A stretch of 64,000 bases of DNA from Gemmatimonas sp. (GTDB taxonomy: Bacteria; Gemmatimonadota; Gemmatimonadetes; Gemmatimonadales; Gemmatimonadaceae). Numbering within the stretch: the stretch's first letter is position 1; each line of letters starts with the position of its first letter. Below the pieces are notes generated by a model that saw nothing but the letters and a program-made list of their open reading frames with translations, was not told the DNA's origin and searched no databases. The translations under genes were made by a program, and so were the position numbers. Below are positions 10,800-19,988 of this stretch, in pieces. Where the stretch lies: NCBI GenBank assembly GCA_031414535.1, contig JANNVQ010000054.1, forward strand, positions 32,001 through 96,000, read 5' to 3'.

Positions 10800-12062
10800 A
10801 TGCGCATCTGGGATCGCTTCGCGATGACCTTCGAGGGCATGCTCATGGCCCTCGAGTCACTCCGCGCCAACAAAGTCCGAGCGGCACTGACGATTTCTGG
10901 CGTGGCCATCGGCGTGTTCGTGGTGGTGGCTATGGGCGCCACAGTGCACGGCATCCGGCAATCGTTTCAATCAGATATGGACGAGTTCGGCACGAGCACC
11001 TTCCAGGTGCGACGCCGCAACCCCGGCTTCAATAATTGCAATCCGACGCAAGACTGTCCTGACCGCCGCAATCCCGGTGTATCGCTGGCGGAGTGGCGGA
11101 CGATTCGTGAGCTGCCAGAAGTGGAAAGCGCCATGGCCTGGCTGATGGGCGGCGGCACGGCGACGTATCGCGACCGGATCGTGAAGAACGTGGGCTACGA
11201 TGCGCAGAGCACGGAGTGGATCCGCACCGACCAAGCCGACATCTTCCCGGGTCGTACCTTTACCGAGAGCGAGCACGACGCCGCGGCGTTGGTGACCTTG
11301 GTGAACCAGAAGCTTGCGACCGATTTGTTCGGCGACTCCGACCCCATCGGGAAGGAGATTGATCTCAACGGCACGCGCTTTCAGGTGATTGGCGTATATC
11401 AGACGAAGGCCGGCTTCCTGAAGTCGTTGGACGGTCGCGGTCCAGACACGCCGCGCATGGTTCTCCCAATGATGACGGCATACCGACGCCTCGATGTCTG
11501 GCGTCTGTCCATGATGCTGATGGTGAAACCGGGCGATGGCGTCACTCGCGACGCGGCGATGGACGCGGTAACCGCCACCCTGCGCGGCATGCGCGGCCTG
11601 CGGCCAAGTCAGATTAACTCGTTCTACTTGGTGGGGCAGGACAAGATGATGGAGACCTTCAACTCGCTCTTCGGCGCGATTTTTATGGTTGGCATCGGAT
11701 TGTCTGCCGTCGGCCTCCTCGTCGGTGGGGTGGGCGTGGTGGCCATTATGATGATCTCGGTGACCGAGCGTACGCGTGAGATTGGTGTGCGAAAGGCGCT
11801 GGGCGCAACGCGCGGCACCATTCTCTGGCAGTTCTTGGTGGAGGCGGCGACCCTTACCACGCTGGGTGCCTTGATTGGGTTGATGTTGGGAGGACTGTTA
11901 GCCTGGATCATCCGCGCGAACTCGTCCATTCCCGCGTCCATCCCCCTCGGCGCAATCGTCTCCTCGCTGGTTGGCGCGGCGCTCACCGGCGTAGTGTTTG
12001 GCATGTTACCGGCCACCCGCGCCTCCAAACTGGACCCTGTTGAGGCCCTGCGGCACGAGTAG
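10800..12062 (+). CDS. MacB/FtsX-type ABC permease (type B, pair 2)
   Basis: Close paralog of 8301..9554; ends LRHE. Confidence 0.93.
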   Translation: MRIWDRFAMTFEGMLMALESLRANKVRAALTISGVAIGVFVVVAMGATVHGIRQSFQSDMDEFGTSTFQVRRRNPGFNNCNPTQDCPDRRNPGVSLAEWRTIRELPEVESAMAWLMGGGTATYRDRIVKNVGYDAQSTEWIRTDQADIFPGRTFTESEHDAAALVTLVNQKLATDLFGDSDPIGKEIDLNGTRFQVIGVYQTKAGFLKSLDGRGPDTPRMVLPMMTAYRRLDVWRLSMMLMVKPGDGVTRDAAMDAVTATLRGMRGLRPSQINSFYLVGQDKMMETFNSLFGAIFMVGIGLSAVGLLVGGVGVVAIMMISVTERTREIGVRKALGATRGTILWQFLVEAATLTTLGALIGLMLGGLLAWIIRANSSIPASIPLGAIVSSLVGAALTGVVFGMLPATRASKLDPVEALRHE

Positions 12063-12082
12063 TCGTGACCTCTTTAGACGAG

Positions 12083-12117
12083 ATGGGCGCGGCCTTGGGT
12101 CGCGCCCATTTAGTTTT
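12083..12117 (+). terminator. Putative intrinsic terminator between permease pairs 2 and 3
   Basis: atgggcgcggcc-ttg-ggtcgcgcccat hairpin followed by ttagtttt. Confidence 0.5.
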
Positions 12118-12122
12118 CGTAG

Positions 12123-13367
12123 ATGATGCGCCACCGTGACGTCCTTGGAATCGCCATTGCGCAGATCCGCGGCAATCCGCTCCGGACTTTCTTCACGCTG
12201 CTAGGCATCATCGTCTCCGTCGCCTTTTTGATTGCGGTGGTGGCCATCATCCAAGGGATGAATGCCTACGTGAAGGAGAACATCGCGGACGCGATGATTG
12301 GCGCGAACTCCTTCCAAGTGCGCCGCACGCCGATTCAACTCGGCACCTTCAACGACGATCAGTGGGCGCGGGTGCAGAAGCGCCCGCGCATCACGTCGCG
12401 CGATGCCGACGTTGTACGCGCGGCCATTCCCGAAGCGGACGCCATCTCCCTGCAGTCCGGATGGCCGACCCCAAACACCGACGTCGTGTGGCGCAGTCGG
12501 ACGATTGGCTCCGTGATGGTCTTTGGCATCACGGCCCCGTATCAGATTGTGCAGGACTACAAGCCGATGTTCGGGCGGGCATTGTCAGACCTCGACGTCC
12601 AGCGACGCCTTCCCTCTGTCGTACTTGGGGCGGAGGTCGCGGAAAAGCTCTTTGAAGCGGTGGACCCCATCGGCCAAGAAGTGAAGCTGGCGGGCGAGCG
12701 CTTCACGGTGATTGGCGTGAATGAGGCCAAGGGGCGTGTGCTTGGGCAATCGTTTGACAACTACGCACTCATTCCCATCTCGCGGTTCGAGATGCTCTAC
12801 GGACGTCGCCTCACTAATACGGTTTCGGTGAAGGTCCCAGAAGGCGGAGATGTTGCGGCACTGATGCAGCGCGCCGAAGAGGCGATGCGTTTGGCGCATG
12901 GGCTGCGCCCGAGCGAGGAGAATGACTTCTCCATCGAGACCTCGGATGCGCTGGTGAGCTTCTGGAAAGATCTCACGCGCATTCTGTTCGCAGTGGTACC
13001 GGCCGTGGTGGCAATCGGCATCGTCGTCGGCGGCATCGTGATCATGAACATCATGCTGATGGCCGTCAACGAGCGGACGCGTGAGATTGGGATTCGAAAG
13101 GCGGTAGGCGCGCGCGCCCGCGACATCGAACGGCAGTTTCTCGCGGAGACGGTGGCACTGTCGGCGCTCGGCGGCTTGCTAGGCGTGATGGCCGGATGGG
13201 CGTTCGCGTTCATCGTCTCCGTGGTGAGCCCGTTACCAGCCAGGATTACTTGGTGGTCGGTGCTCGTGGCGTTGGCACTCGGCGCGGGCGTTGGCGTGAT
13301 CTTCGGCGTGTACCCTGCCCGCCGCGCTGCGCGGCTGGATCCCGTGGCCGCGATGCGGCAGGAATAG
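12123..13367 (+). CDS. MacB/FtsX-type ABC permease (type A, pair 3)
   Basis: NPLRTFFTL, VIMNIMLMAVNERTREIG, ends MRQE. Confidence 0.93.
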   Translation: MMRHRDVLGIAIAQIRGNPLRTFFTLLGIIVSVAFLIAVVAIIQGMNAYVKENIADAMIGANSFQVRRTPIQLGTFNDDQWARVQKRPRITSRDADVVRAAIPEADAISLQSGWPTPNTDVVWRSRTIGSVMVFGITAPYQIVQDYKPMFGRALSDLDVQRRLPSVVLGAEVAEKLFEAVDPIGQEVKLAGERFTVIGVNEAKGRVLGQSFDNYALIPISRFEMLYGRRLTNTVSVKVPEGGDVAALMQRAEEAMRLAHGLRPSEENDFSIETSDALVSFWKDLTRILFAVVPAVVAIGIVVGGIVIMNIMLMAVNERTREIGIRKAVGARARDIERQFLAETVALSALGGLLGVMAGWAFAFIVSVVSPLPARITWWSVLVALALGAGVGVIFGVYPARRAARLDPVAAMRQE

Positions 13368-13370
13368 CGC

Positions 13371-14624
13371 ATGCGCATCTTGGTGCTGCTCGATCAGTAC
13401 AAGGAGAACGTCGGCATCGCCATGGATACGATGCGCGTGGCCAAGCTCCGCTCAGCCCTCACCATTCTCGGCGTGGTGATTGGTGTGGCGACCGTGATGA
13501 CGATGGCTTCGCTGGTGGAGGGGCTGCGTTCACAGATCATCGCGTCGGTGGAGGTCGCGGGACCGACCACCTTCTATGTGCTTAAGGCGTACTCCAGCAC
13601 GCCGGTGAACCCCGACAACCCGCCGGCCTACATCCGTATTCGCCCCGACCTCACGAGCGACGAGGCCGATCGCATCAAGCGGCTCCCCGAAGTTGCGTAC
13701 GCGGGCATCTGGGGACAGACCCTCACACGGCTGTCCTACGGCGCGGAGCGCTCGCAGCCCACGGCGATCTTCGGCGCGGACGACGGGTTCACGCTCGTTC
13801 AAGGCGGCGAGCTTACCGAAGGCCGTTGGTTCACGCGCAATGAAGTGGCGAGCGGGGCGTCAGTGGTTGTGCTTGATGACGCGAAGGCGCGTCGGCTCTT
13901 TGGGCGAGAGTCCATCGTGGGCAAGACGATGCAGGTCGGTGGTCGTCCGATGGAGGTGATTGGTTTGTACCAACCGCCCGAGAACATCTTTGCACCACCA
14001 GGCGCCGAGACCGGGGCCATCATTCCGTTCAAACTATTGGAGGCGCAGTTTCGCTTCGACAAGACGAATGCGCTGTGGATTCCCGTGGTGCCGCGCGAGG
14101 GAGTGAGCGTCGCGGATGCGCAGGAGGCAGTGACGATTGCGATGCGCGAGTCGCGTCGTCTGCGTCCGTCGCAGCGCAACAGTTTTGATCTGGTGACGGC
14201 CGATCAGATTCTGGAAGTATTCAATCAACTGACCGGCGTCTTCTTCGTGGTGATGCTAGTGCTGGCGTCGGTGGCGCTGCTCGTGGGCGGCATCGGTGTG
14301 ATGGCAATCATGATGGTGTCCGTGACCGATCGCACGCGCGAGATTGGCATCCGTAAGGCGCTGGGCGCCACACGGGGCGATATCGCGGCGCAGTTCTTGA
14401 TTGAAGCCGCGACGCTCACGGGCATCGGCGGCATCGTGGGCATCATCGTCGGGCTCGGTGCAGGCGCGTTGGTGACGAAGCTGCTTGGCATCGAGGCGTC
14501 GCCTCCGCTCGCACTGACCTTGATTGCGGTGGTGGTGTCGGTCGGCATCGGCGTGGTTTTCGGTGTATTGCCCGCTCGCCGTGCCGCTCGGCTGGACCCC
14601 ATCGAAGCGCTCAGATACGAGTAA
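13371..14624 (+). CDS. MacB/FtsX-type ABC permease (type B, pair 3)
   Basis: KLRSALTILG, VGGIGVMAIMMVSVTDRTREIG, ends LRYE. Confidence 0.93.
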   Translation: MRILVLLDQYKENVGIAMDTMRVAKLRSALTILGVVIGVATVMTMASLVEGLRSQIIASVEVAGPTTFYVLKAYSSTPVNPDNPPAYIRIRPDLTSDEADRIKRLPEVAYAGIWGQTLTRLSYGAERSQPTAIFGADDGFTLVQGGELTEGRWFTRNEVASGASVVVLDDAKARRLFGRESIVGKTMQVGGRPMEVIGLYQPPENIFAPPGAETGAIIPFKLLEAQFRFDKTNALWIPVVPREGVSVADAQEAVTIAMRESRRLRPSQRNSFDLVTADQILEVFNQLTGVFFVVMLVLASVALLVGGIGVMAIMMVSVTDRTREIGIRKALGATRGDIAAQFLIEAATLTGIGGIVGIIVGLGAGALVTKLLGIEASPPLALTLIAVVVSVGIGVVFGVLPARRAARLDPIEALRYE

Positions 14625-14629
14625 GGCGG

Positions 14630-14755
14630 GTCACCACGAAGGCACGAAGGGAGCCGAGACAACCTCACGGCCCCGCGACCCCTGAAAGCAGCAATATTTA
14701 TGAGGAACTGCGGGGCTTCAGGCGTACTGAGCGCCCTTCGTGCCTTCGTGGTGAC
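14630..14755. repeat. MITE/REP-like element with perfect 22-bp terminal inverted repeat
   Basis: gtcaccacgaaggcacgaaggg (14630-14651) and cccttcgtgccttcgtggtgac (14734-14755); related copy at 47764-47887. Confidence 0.8.
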
Positions 14756-14813
14756 GCCGTTTAGGTTATCTTTAGGGCTCGCAAGAACCTTGCTTCACTT
14801 TCAGTAGATTATT

Positions 14814-16337
14814 TTGACTTCGTTTGCATCTCTCGGGCTCGCCCCGTCGCTCGTCCGCGCCACCGTAGATCTTGGTTGGACCGTTCCGACGCAGATCCAG
14901 CTCGACGCCATCCCCCACGCGCGTGATGGCAAGGACGTCCTCGCCTGCGCAATGACCGGCAGCGGCAAGACCGGCGCCTTCCTACTTCCACTGCTTCACC
15001 GCCTCTCGCAGCACCAGACGCGGGCAACGCGCGCGTTGGTGCTCACACCCACGCGTGAGCTCGCCGCGCAGGTGCACTCCGACCTCGTGAACCTCGCCAA
15101 GCACAGCGGCATCAAGGGTGCCGCCGTGTTCGGTGGCGTTGGCATGGGCCCGCAGGAGTCGGCGTTCCGCAACAAGGTGGATGTGGTCATCGCGACGCCC
15201 GGCCGCTTGCTCGATCACATGGGCCAAGGCGGCAAGTACGTGGACTTCAGCAAGCTCGAAGTCCTCATCCTCGACGAAGCGGACCGCATGCTCGACATGG
15301 GCTTCCTGCCCGCCATCAAGCAGGTGCTCCGGCAGATCCCGTCAAAGCGTCAGACGCTGTTCTTCAGCGCCACATTGCCAGCGCCGATTGTTGAGCTCTC
15401 AAAGCAGATGCTTCACGAGCCGGTGCGCTTGAACGTGGAGCGCGTGTCCAAGCCTGCCGCGAAGATTGAGCAGGCCGTGTGGGCCGTGAAGGAAACGCTC
15501 AAGGCGGATCTCTTCATCGCGCTGCTCCGGGCGAACGTCGTTGGCAACGTGATCTGCTTCACGCGCACCAAACATCGTTCGAATCGCCTCGCGGACATCC
15601 TCACGAAGGCTGGCGTGCCCAATGCCCGCATCCACGGCAATCGGTCGCAGGCACAGCGTACGGAAGCCCTCGCGCACTTTAAGGATGGAAAGATTCGCGT
15701 GCTCGTCGCCACGGACATCGTGGCCCGTGGCATTGACGTTGAGGCGCTCGAGCATGTCGTGAACTTTGATGTGCCGCACATGCCTGAGGATTACATCCAT
15801 CGCGTGGGCCGCACAGCGCGCGCTGATGCCTCGGGCGAAGCGTTCACGCTGGTCTCGCCGGAAGAAGAGGCAGATCTGCGCAGCATCGAGAAAGCGATTG
15901 CACGCAAGTTGCCGCGGCGCACACTCGAAGGCTTCAACTACGGCCACGTTCCTGTTGAGCGCTTTGAGGTACCAATCGCCGAACGCATCGCGGCGATTCG
16001 CGCGCGGAAGGCCGAAGAGCGCGCACGCGCGAAGGCCAAGCTTGAGCGGAAGAATTCGCATGGGGGCGGTGGAGCGCGGAAGAGCACCGAGCCTGCAGGA
16101 CGGAAGACGTCTGAGCACGCGGGACGGAAGGCGGAAGACGGAAGGAGTGCATCGTCCGGCTCTGGCGCCGCTGGGGCTGGCTCTGGGCCGAGTTCTGGCC
16201 CGCGACGCCGACGGGGTGGTGGTGGCGGACGCCCAGGCGGCCCTTCGAGTGGCGGCGGACGGCCGAGCGGCAACAAGCCCAGCGGCAACAAGCCCAGCGG
16301 CAGTAAACCCAGCGGTCCGTACCGCGGCCCGCGCTGA
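14814..16337 (+). CDS. rhlE: DEAD-box RNA helicase (RhlE-like) with Gly/Arg-rich disordered tail
   Basis: Q motif, AMTGSGKT, PTRELA, DEAD, SAT, ARGIDV, HRVGRTAR. Confidence 0.9.
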   Translation: MTSFASLGLAPSLVRATVDLGWTVPTQIQLDAIPHARDGKDVLACAMTGSGKTGAFLLPLLHRLSQHQTRATRALVLTPTRELAAQVHSDLVNLAKHSGIKGAAVFGGVGMGPQESAFRNKVDVVIATPGRLLDHMGQGGKYVDFSKLEVLILDEADRMLDMGFLPAIKQVLRQIPSKRQTLFFSATLPAPIVELSKQMLHEPVRLNVERVSKPAAKIEQAVWAVKETLKADLFIALLRANVVGNVICFTRTKHRSNRLADILTKAGVPNARIHGNRSQAQRTEALAHFKDGKIRVLVATDIVARGIDVEALEHVVNFDVPHMPEDYIHRVGRTARADASGEAFTLVSPEEEADLRSIEKAIARKLPRRTLEGFNYGHVPVERFEVPIAERIAAIRARKAEERARAKAKLERKNSHGGGGARKSTEPAGRKTSEHAGRKAEDGRSASSGSGAAGAGSGPSSGPRRRRGGGGGRPGGPSSGGGRPSGNKPSGNKPSGSKPSGPYRGPR

Positions 16338-16343
16338 ACAAAC

Positions 16344-16378
16344 AAAGGGGAGTGAGACATCGAGTCTCGCTCCCCTTT
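16344..16378. terminator. Probable bidirectional intrinsic terminator
   Basis: aaaggggagtgagac-atcga-gtctcgctccccttt between convergent genes. Confidence 0.75.
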
Positions 16379-16399
16379 CGTCTTCCGTCTTTCGTCCAG

Positions 16400-18064
16400 C
16401 TACTGCCTGCAGCGCGCCATCGGGTCCGGCTTGGGCACGCTTAGACGCGGCCGATTCGCCCGATTGCCCAATTCCGTGGCCACATCGAATACCAAGTTCG
16501 CGACACGCCCCATCTTCTCGTAATCGATGTACTGCGGTTCATCCGTGACTTGATGGTAGTCCGGGTGCAGTCCGGTGTGAAAAAATGTCACGGGCACGCC
16601 ATAGCGCGCATACATCGCGTGATCTGAGCGGCAGTAAATGTTCTCAGGATGTCCATCGGCATCGAAGGCGTAGTCAAAGCGGAACGGCATCGGCTGCTTC
16701 GCGTTGATGGCCTCCACCACATCGCCAAGCTCGCGTGAGAGCCGGCGTGATCCCACAAGTTGGATGTAGCGCGGACCGCCGCCGGCGATGTCCTGCGCGC
16801 CACCGCGGCCCACCATGTCAAGGTTGAGCTGTGCGACAATCGAGTCTATCGGCACGGTGGGCTCGCGTGAGTACAGCTCCGCGCCCAGCAAGCCGATTTC
16901 TTCTGCGACGTGCCACACAAAGAGCACGGAGCGCTTGGGCTTGGTGCTGGACGTTGCGAACGCCTCCGCAATCTCGAGCAGCGTGACCGTGCCCGACCCA
17001 TCATCATCGGCGCCATTCTTGATTGAATCCGTGCGAGCTGGCCGGAGCGCGCGCAGGGAATCCATGTTGACCCGCACCGCAGCCAGCTGGGCGGGCGTCG
17101 GGCGCCGCGCGCCAGTTTCACGCGCGATGCGGTCGCGGGCCTGGTTGAACGCGCGCAGCGAGTCGTGGTCGAGGCCGCGCGCGAGCAAGGGATCGTGATC
17201 TGTGTGCGCCCCCAGCGCAACGTATTGTCCACGAAGCGCGGGGTCGCTGCCCGGCAGCACCGCCACAACGTTGCGCGCAGGAGCACGCGATACGTCATAG
17301 CGAAGACTCATCGTAGCCTCGCTTCCCGCTTGGGCGAGCAAGGCCTCAATCATCGCACGAGATGCGATCAAGGTCGGAGGGAGCACGGGGCCACTGAGTT
17401 CCAGCCCCTGCGCAAGCGTTGCCGCCGAGAGCTGCGCGCGCGCCGGTGCGGCGAGTTGTTCCCACGCGGGCACCACCACGGCAGCGGCTTCGGCAAAGCG
17501 AGTGCCCCGCCCCACCGCGAGAAAGCGCTGATCAAGTTGTAGAAGTCGGTCATTCGGACGGAGCACAACGATCTTGCCGCGCGCTTCATCCGCCGTAATC
17601 CACGTGGACGAGTCACCGTGGGTCCCGCCAATGACGATGGAGGCACGGTCGGTGGGGCGCGGCTGAGCACCGCGCGCTAACATCGGGGCGAAGTCCGTGC
17701 CTATCGCAAAGCTGCGTCCGGCAAGCGTCACCGAGGAGCCCGCTGCAAAACCGCGCAGCGACATCGGAAGCTCTTGGAAGTAGCTGCCGTTGACGCCTGC
17801 GGGTCGTAGACCAAGGCGCCTTGCCTCATCCGCGATGTACTGGGTGACCTTGAGATGTCCCTCAGAGCCTGTGGGCCGCCCCCCCATCGAGTCGTCGGCG
17901 ATCCTGTAGAGCCGCGTCATCAGGTCTGGTACGGAAATGGGGCCGCTGGTTGGACTCGGCGGCAGTTTTAGTGGTAAGGCATTCCCCTGCGCCAACAGGC
18001 CTAGGGGCAGAAATGACAACGCCACCAGCGCAATGCGCGGGCTAGCGAGGCGGGTTCTCGGCAC
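16400..18064 (-). CDS. M28 family metallopeptidase, exported
   Basis: GAHTDH, NGADDDGSG, AEEIGLLG, LNLDMVGR, RSDH, DYHQVTD. GTG start at 18064 chosen from an upstream GGAG. Confidence 0.88.
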   Translation of the reverse strand: MPRTRLASPRIALVALSFLPLGLLAQGNALPLKLPPSPTSGPISVPDLMTRLYRIADDSMGGRPTGSEGHLKVTQYIADEARRLGLRPAGVNGSYFQELPMSLRGFAAGSSVTLAGRSFAIGTDFAPMLARGAQPRPTDRASIVIGGTHGDSSTWITADEARGKIVVLRPNDRLLQLDQRFLAVGRGTRFAEAAAVVVPAWEQLAAPARAQLSAATLAQGLELSGPVLPPTLIASRAMIEALLAQAGSEATMSLRYDVSRAPARNVVAVLPGSDPALRGQYVALGAHTDHDPLLARGLDHDSLRAFNQARDRIARETGARRPTPAQLAAVRVNMDSLRALRPARTDSIKNGADDDGSGTVTLLEIAEAFATSSTKPKRSVLFVWHVAEEIGLLGAELYSREPTVPIDSIVAQLNLDMVGRGGAQDIAGGGPRYIQLVGSRRLSRELGDVVEAINAKQPMPFRFDYAFDADGHPENIYCRSDHAMYARYGVPVTFFHTGLHPDYHQVTDEPQYIDYEKMGRVANLVFDVATELGNRANRPRLSVPKPDPMARCRQ

Positions 18065-18181
18065 TTCATTCTCCGGGTGGGGGCCCGACAACTTCGTGTT
18101 CAATATTAACGTGGCAGGCTCTTGGTACGTTTATGGGGTAGTGAGAGCAATGGTCTCTCGGTTTCTCTCTTGGAGGCAGTG

Positions 18182-18586
18182 ATGCGGAAAATGCGTGCAG
18201 TAATGGTTCTGGCGGCAGTGATGACTTCAGCAGTGGCGGCGCCGCTTTCGGCGCAGAGCCAGGGCGGCGGACGACAGGGTGGAATGGGCGACCCAGCCGC
18301 GATGCAGGCACGTCAGAACGAGCGCCTGTTTGAGGGCATCACGCTGTCTGCTGAGCAGAAGACACAGGTTGATTCGATACAAACGGCGGCACGCGCATCG
18401 CAGCAGGCCGCAATGCAGGCGGGCGGCATGCGTGATCCAGAAGCACGTCAGCGCATGATGGCGCAGCGCCAAGCTACGATGGCGGCGGTTCGCGCGGTGC
18501 TCACGGCAGAGCAACAGACGAAGTTCGACAGCAACGTGGCCAACATGCCGGCGATGGGTGCCGGTGGGCGCCCACCGCGGCGCTAG
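18182..18586 (+). CDS. Exported helical protein, Spy/CpxP (LTxxQ)-like
   Basis: Signal peptide; LSAEQKTQV and VLTAEQQTKF motifs; GGAGG before start. Confidence 0.7.
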   Translation: MRKMRAVMVLAAVMTSAVAAPLSAQSQGGGRQGGMGDPAAMQARQNERLFEGITLSAEQKTQVDSIQTAARASQQAAMQAGGMRDPEARQRMMAQRQATMAAVRAVLTAEQQTKFDSNVANMPAMGAGGRPPRR

Positions 18587-19161
18587 GGCCGCGGGTCGCT
18601 CCGTAGTATAGAGTGCAGTTCCAGATCACGAGGGACGCCGTCGCGCCAGACCACTTGGCGCAGGCGTCCCTCGTACTGCATCCCCAGATGACTCATCACA
18701 GCGCCCGAGGCCGGATTCTCCACGTAATGATGCGCGTCCATCCGATGTAAGCCGAGCACATCAAACGCATACGCGAGCGCGGCACGCGAAGCTTCCGTGG
18801 CGATGCCTTTGCCCCACTCGGCCCTCGCCACCCAGTAGGCGAGCTCGCCGCGGTGATGTACCCGATTGAGGGAGAAACCCACGCCACCGACGAGTCGCCC
18901 GTCACCGCGCAAAGTCACGGCCCACGCAATCCCAGTGCCGCTTTCGTGCCGAACTGCCTGTTCGGCTATGAACTCTGCGGCGCGTTCCGACGGGTAGGGA
19001 TGCGGCACATTGAGCGTACCTTCCGCGACGTCCTTGATGCTGAGTTCGCGAACCACATCCCCCGCATCACGCAAGGCGTAGGGGCGCAGCATCAGCCGCC
19101 GCGTCTCAAGGACGGGCTGGGGCGGAAGCGGGGGAAGATGCGGGGCGGAATTAGGGTGCAC
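18583..19161 (-). CDS. GNAT N-acetyltransferase (RimJ/RimL family)
   Basis: LETRRLMLRP, ELAYWV, WGKGIATEA, ENPASGAVMSHLGM; start uncertain. Confidence 0.85.
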   Translation of the reverse strand: MHPNSAPHLPPLPPQPVLETRRLMLRPYALRDAGDVVRELSIKDVAEGTLNVPHPYPSERAAEFIAEQAVRHESGTGIAWAVTLRGDGRLVGGVGFSLNRVHHRGELAYWVARAEWGKGIATEASRAALAYAFDVLGLHRMDAHHYVENPASGAVMSHLGMQYEGRLRQVVWRDGVPRDLELHSILRSDPRP

Positions 19162-19265
19162 GGCGTGATGTACGAGGGTGTCTGACAAGTATGCGCAATT
19201 CACGGATACAAGACGACTCTCGACGTGCACTTTCGGTGGCTGGCGTGGGGGGCCAGATTGGTGGG

Positions 19266-19988
19266 ATGACCGCCCCCGTGGATGTCCTCGCCATTGCCGC
19301 GCACCGCGACGATGTAGAACTGACCTGCGGCGGGGCTCTGATCAAGCACGGGTGGCGAGGCCACCGCACCGCCATCATTGACCTCACCGCCGGCGAGATG
19401 GGTACGCGGGGATCCGCCGAGCTGCGCGGAAAGGAAGCCGCCGCCGCCGCCGACGTGATGGGTGTGGCCGTGCGAGAGAACCTCGGACTTCCCGATGCGG
19501 GCATCGTCAACACGCCGGACACGAGAACCTTGCTTGCGAAGCGCATCCGCGAGCTCAAGCCGCGCGTGGTGATTGCACCGGCGCCGCGTGGCCGGCATCC
19601 CGACCATCGCGTGGCTGCCCAACTCATTCGCGATGCCTGCTTCTTGGCTGGTCTGACCAAACTCGATGCCGCCAGCGCCCCGCATCGCCCGCTGAAGGTG
19701 TTGCACGCCATCACGTACCGCGAGGATCACGTAAAGCCGACCTTCGTGATGGACATCTCGGCGGAGTTCGAGACCAAGCTCGATGCCATCAAGTGCTATG
19801 GCTCGCAGTTTGACGGTGCCAGCTGGGCCGGTGAGGTGTACCCTAACGGAGAGCCGCTTTACGATTTAGTGCGGCATCAAGCGGCACACTACGGCTCACT
19901 CATTCGCTGCCGATACGGCGAACCTTTCTTCACCTTCGAAACAATGCGCGCGGACGATCTTCTCGCGCTTGAGGTCTCCACATTTTGA
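19266..19988 (+). CDS. bshB1: Bacillithiol-biosynthesis-type deacetylase (PIG-L family)
   Basis: DVLAIAAHRDDVELTCGG, DLTAGEMGTRG, RHPDH. Confidence 0.82.
   Translation: MTAPVDVLAIAAHRDDVELTCGGALIKHGWRGHRTAIIDLTAGEMGTRGSAELRGKEAAAAADVMGVAVRENLGLPDAGIVNTPDTRTLLAKRIRELKPRVVIAPAPRGRHPDHRVAAQLIRDACFLAGLTKLDAASAPHRPLKVLHAITYREDHVKPTFVMDISAEFETKLDAIKCYGSQFDGASWAGEVYPNGEPLYDLVRHQAAHYGSLIRCRYGEPFFTFETMRADDLLALEVSTF

Noticed and set aside
14630..14755. Repeats as a CRISPR array
   Set aside because: They are inverted arms, not direct repeats with unique spacers, and no cas genes are present.
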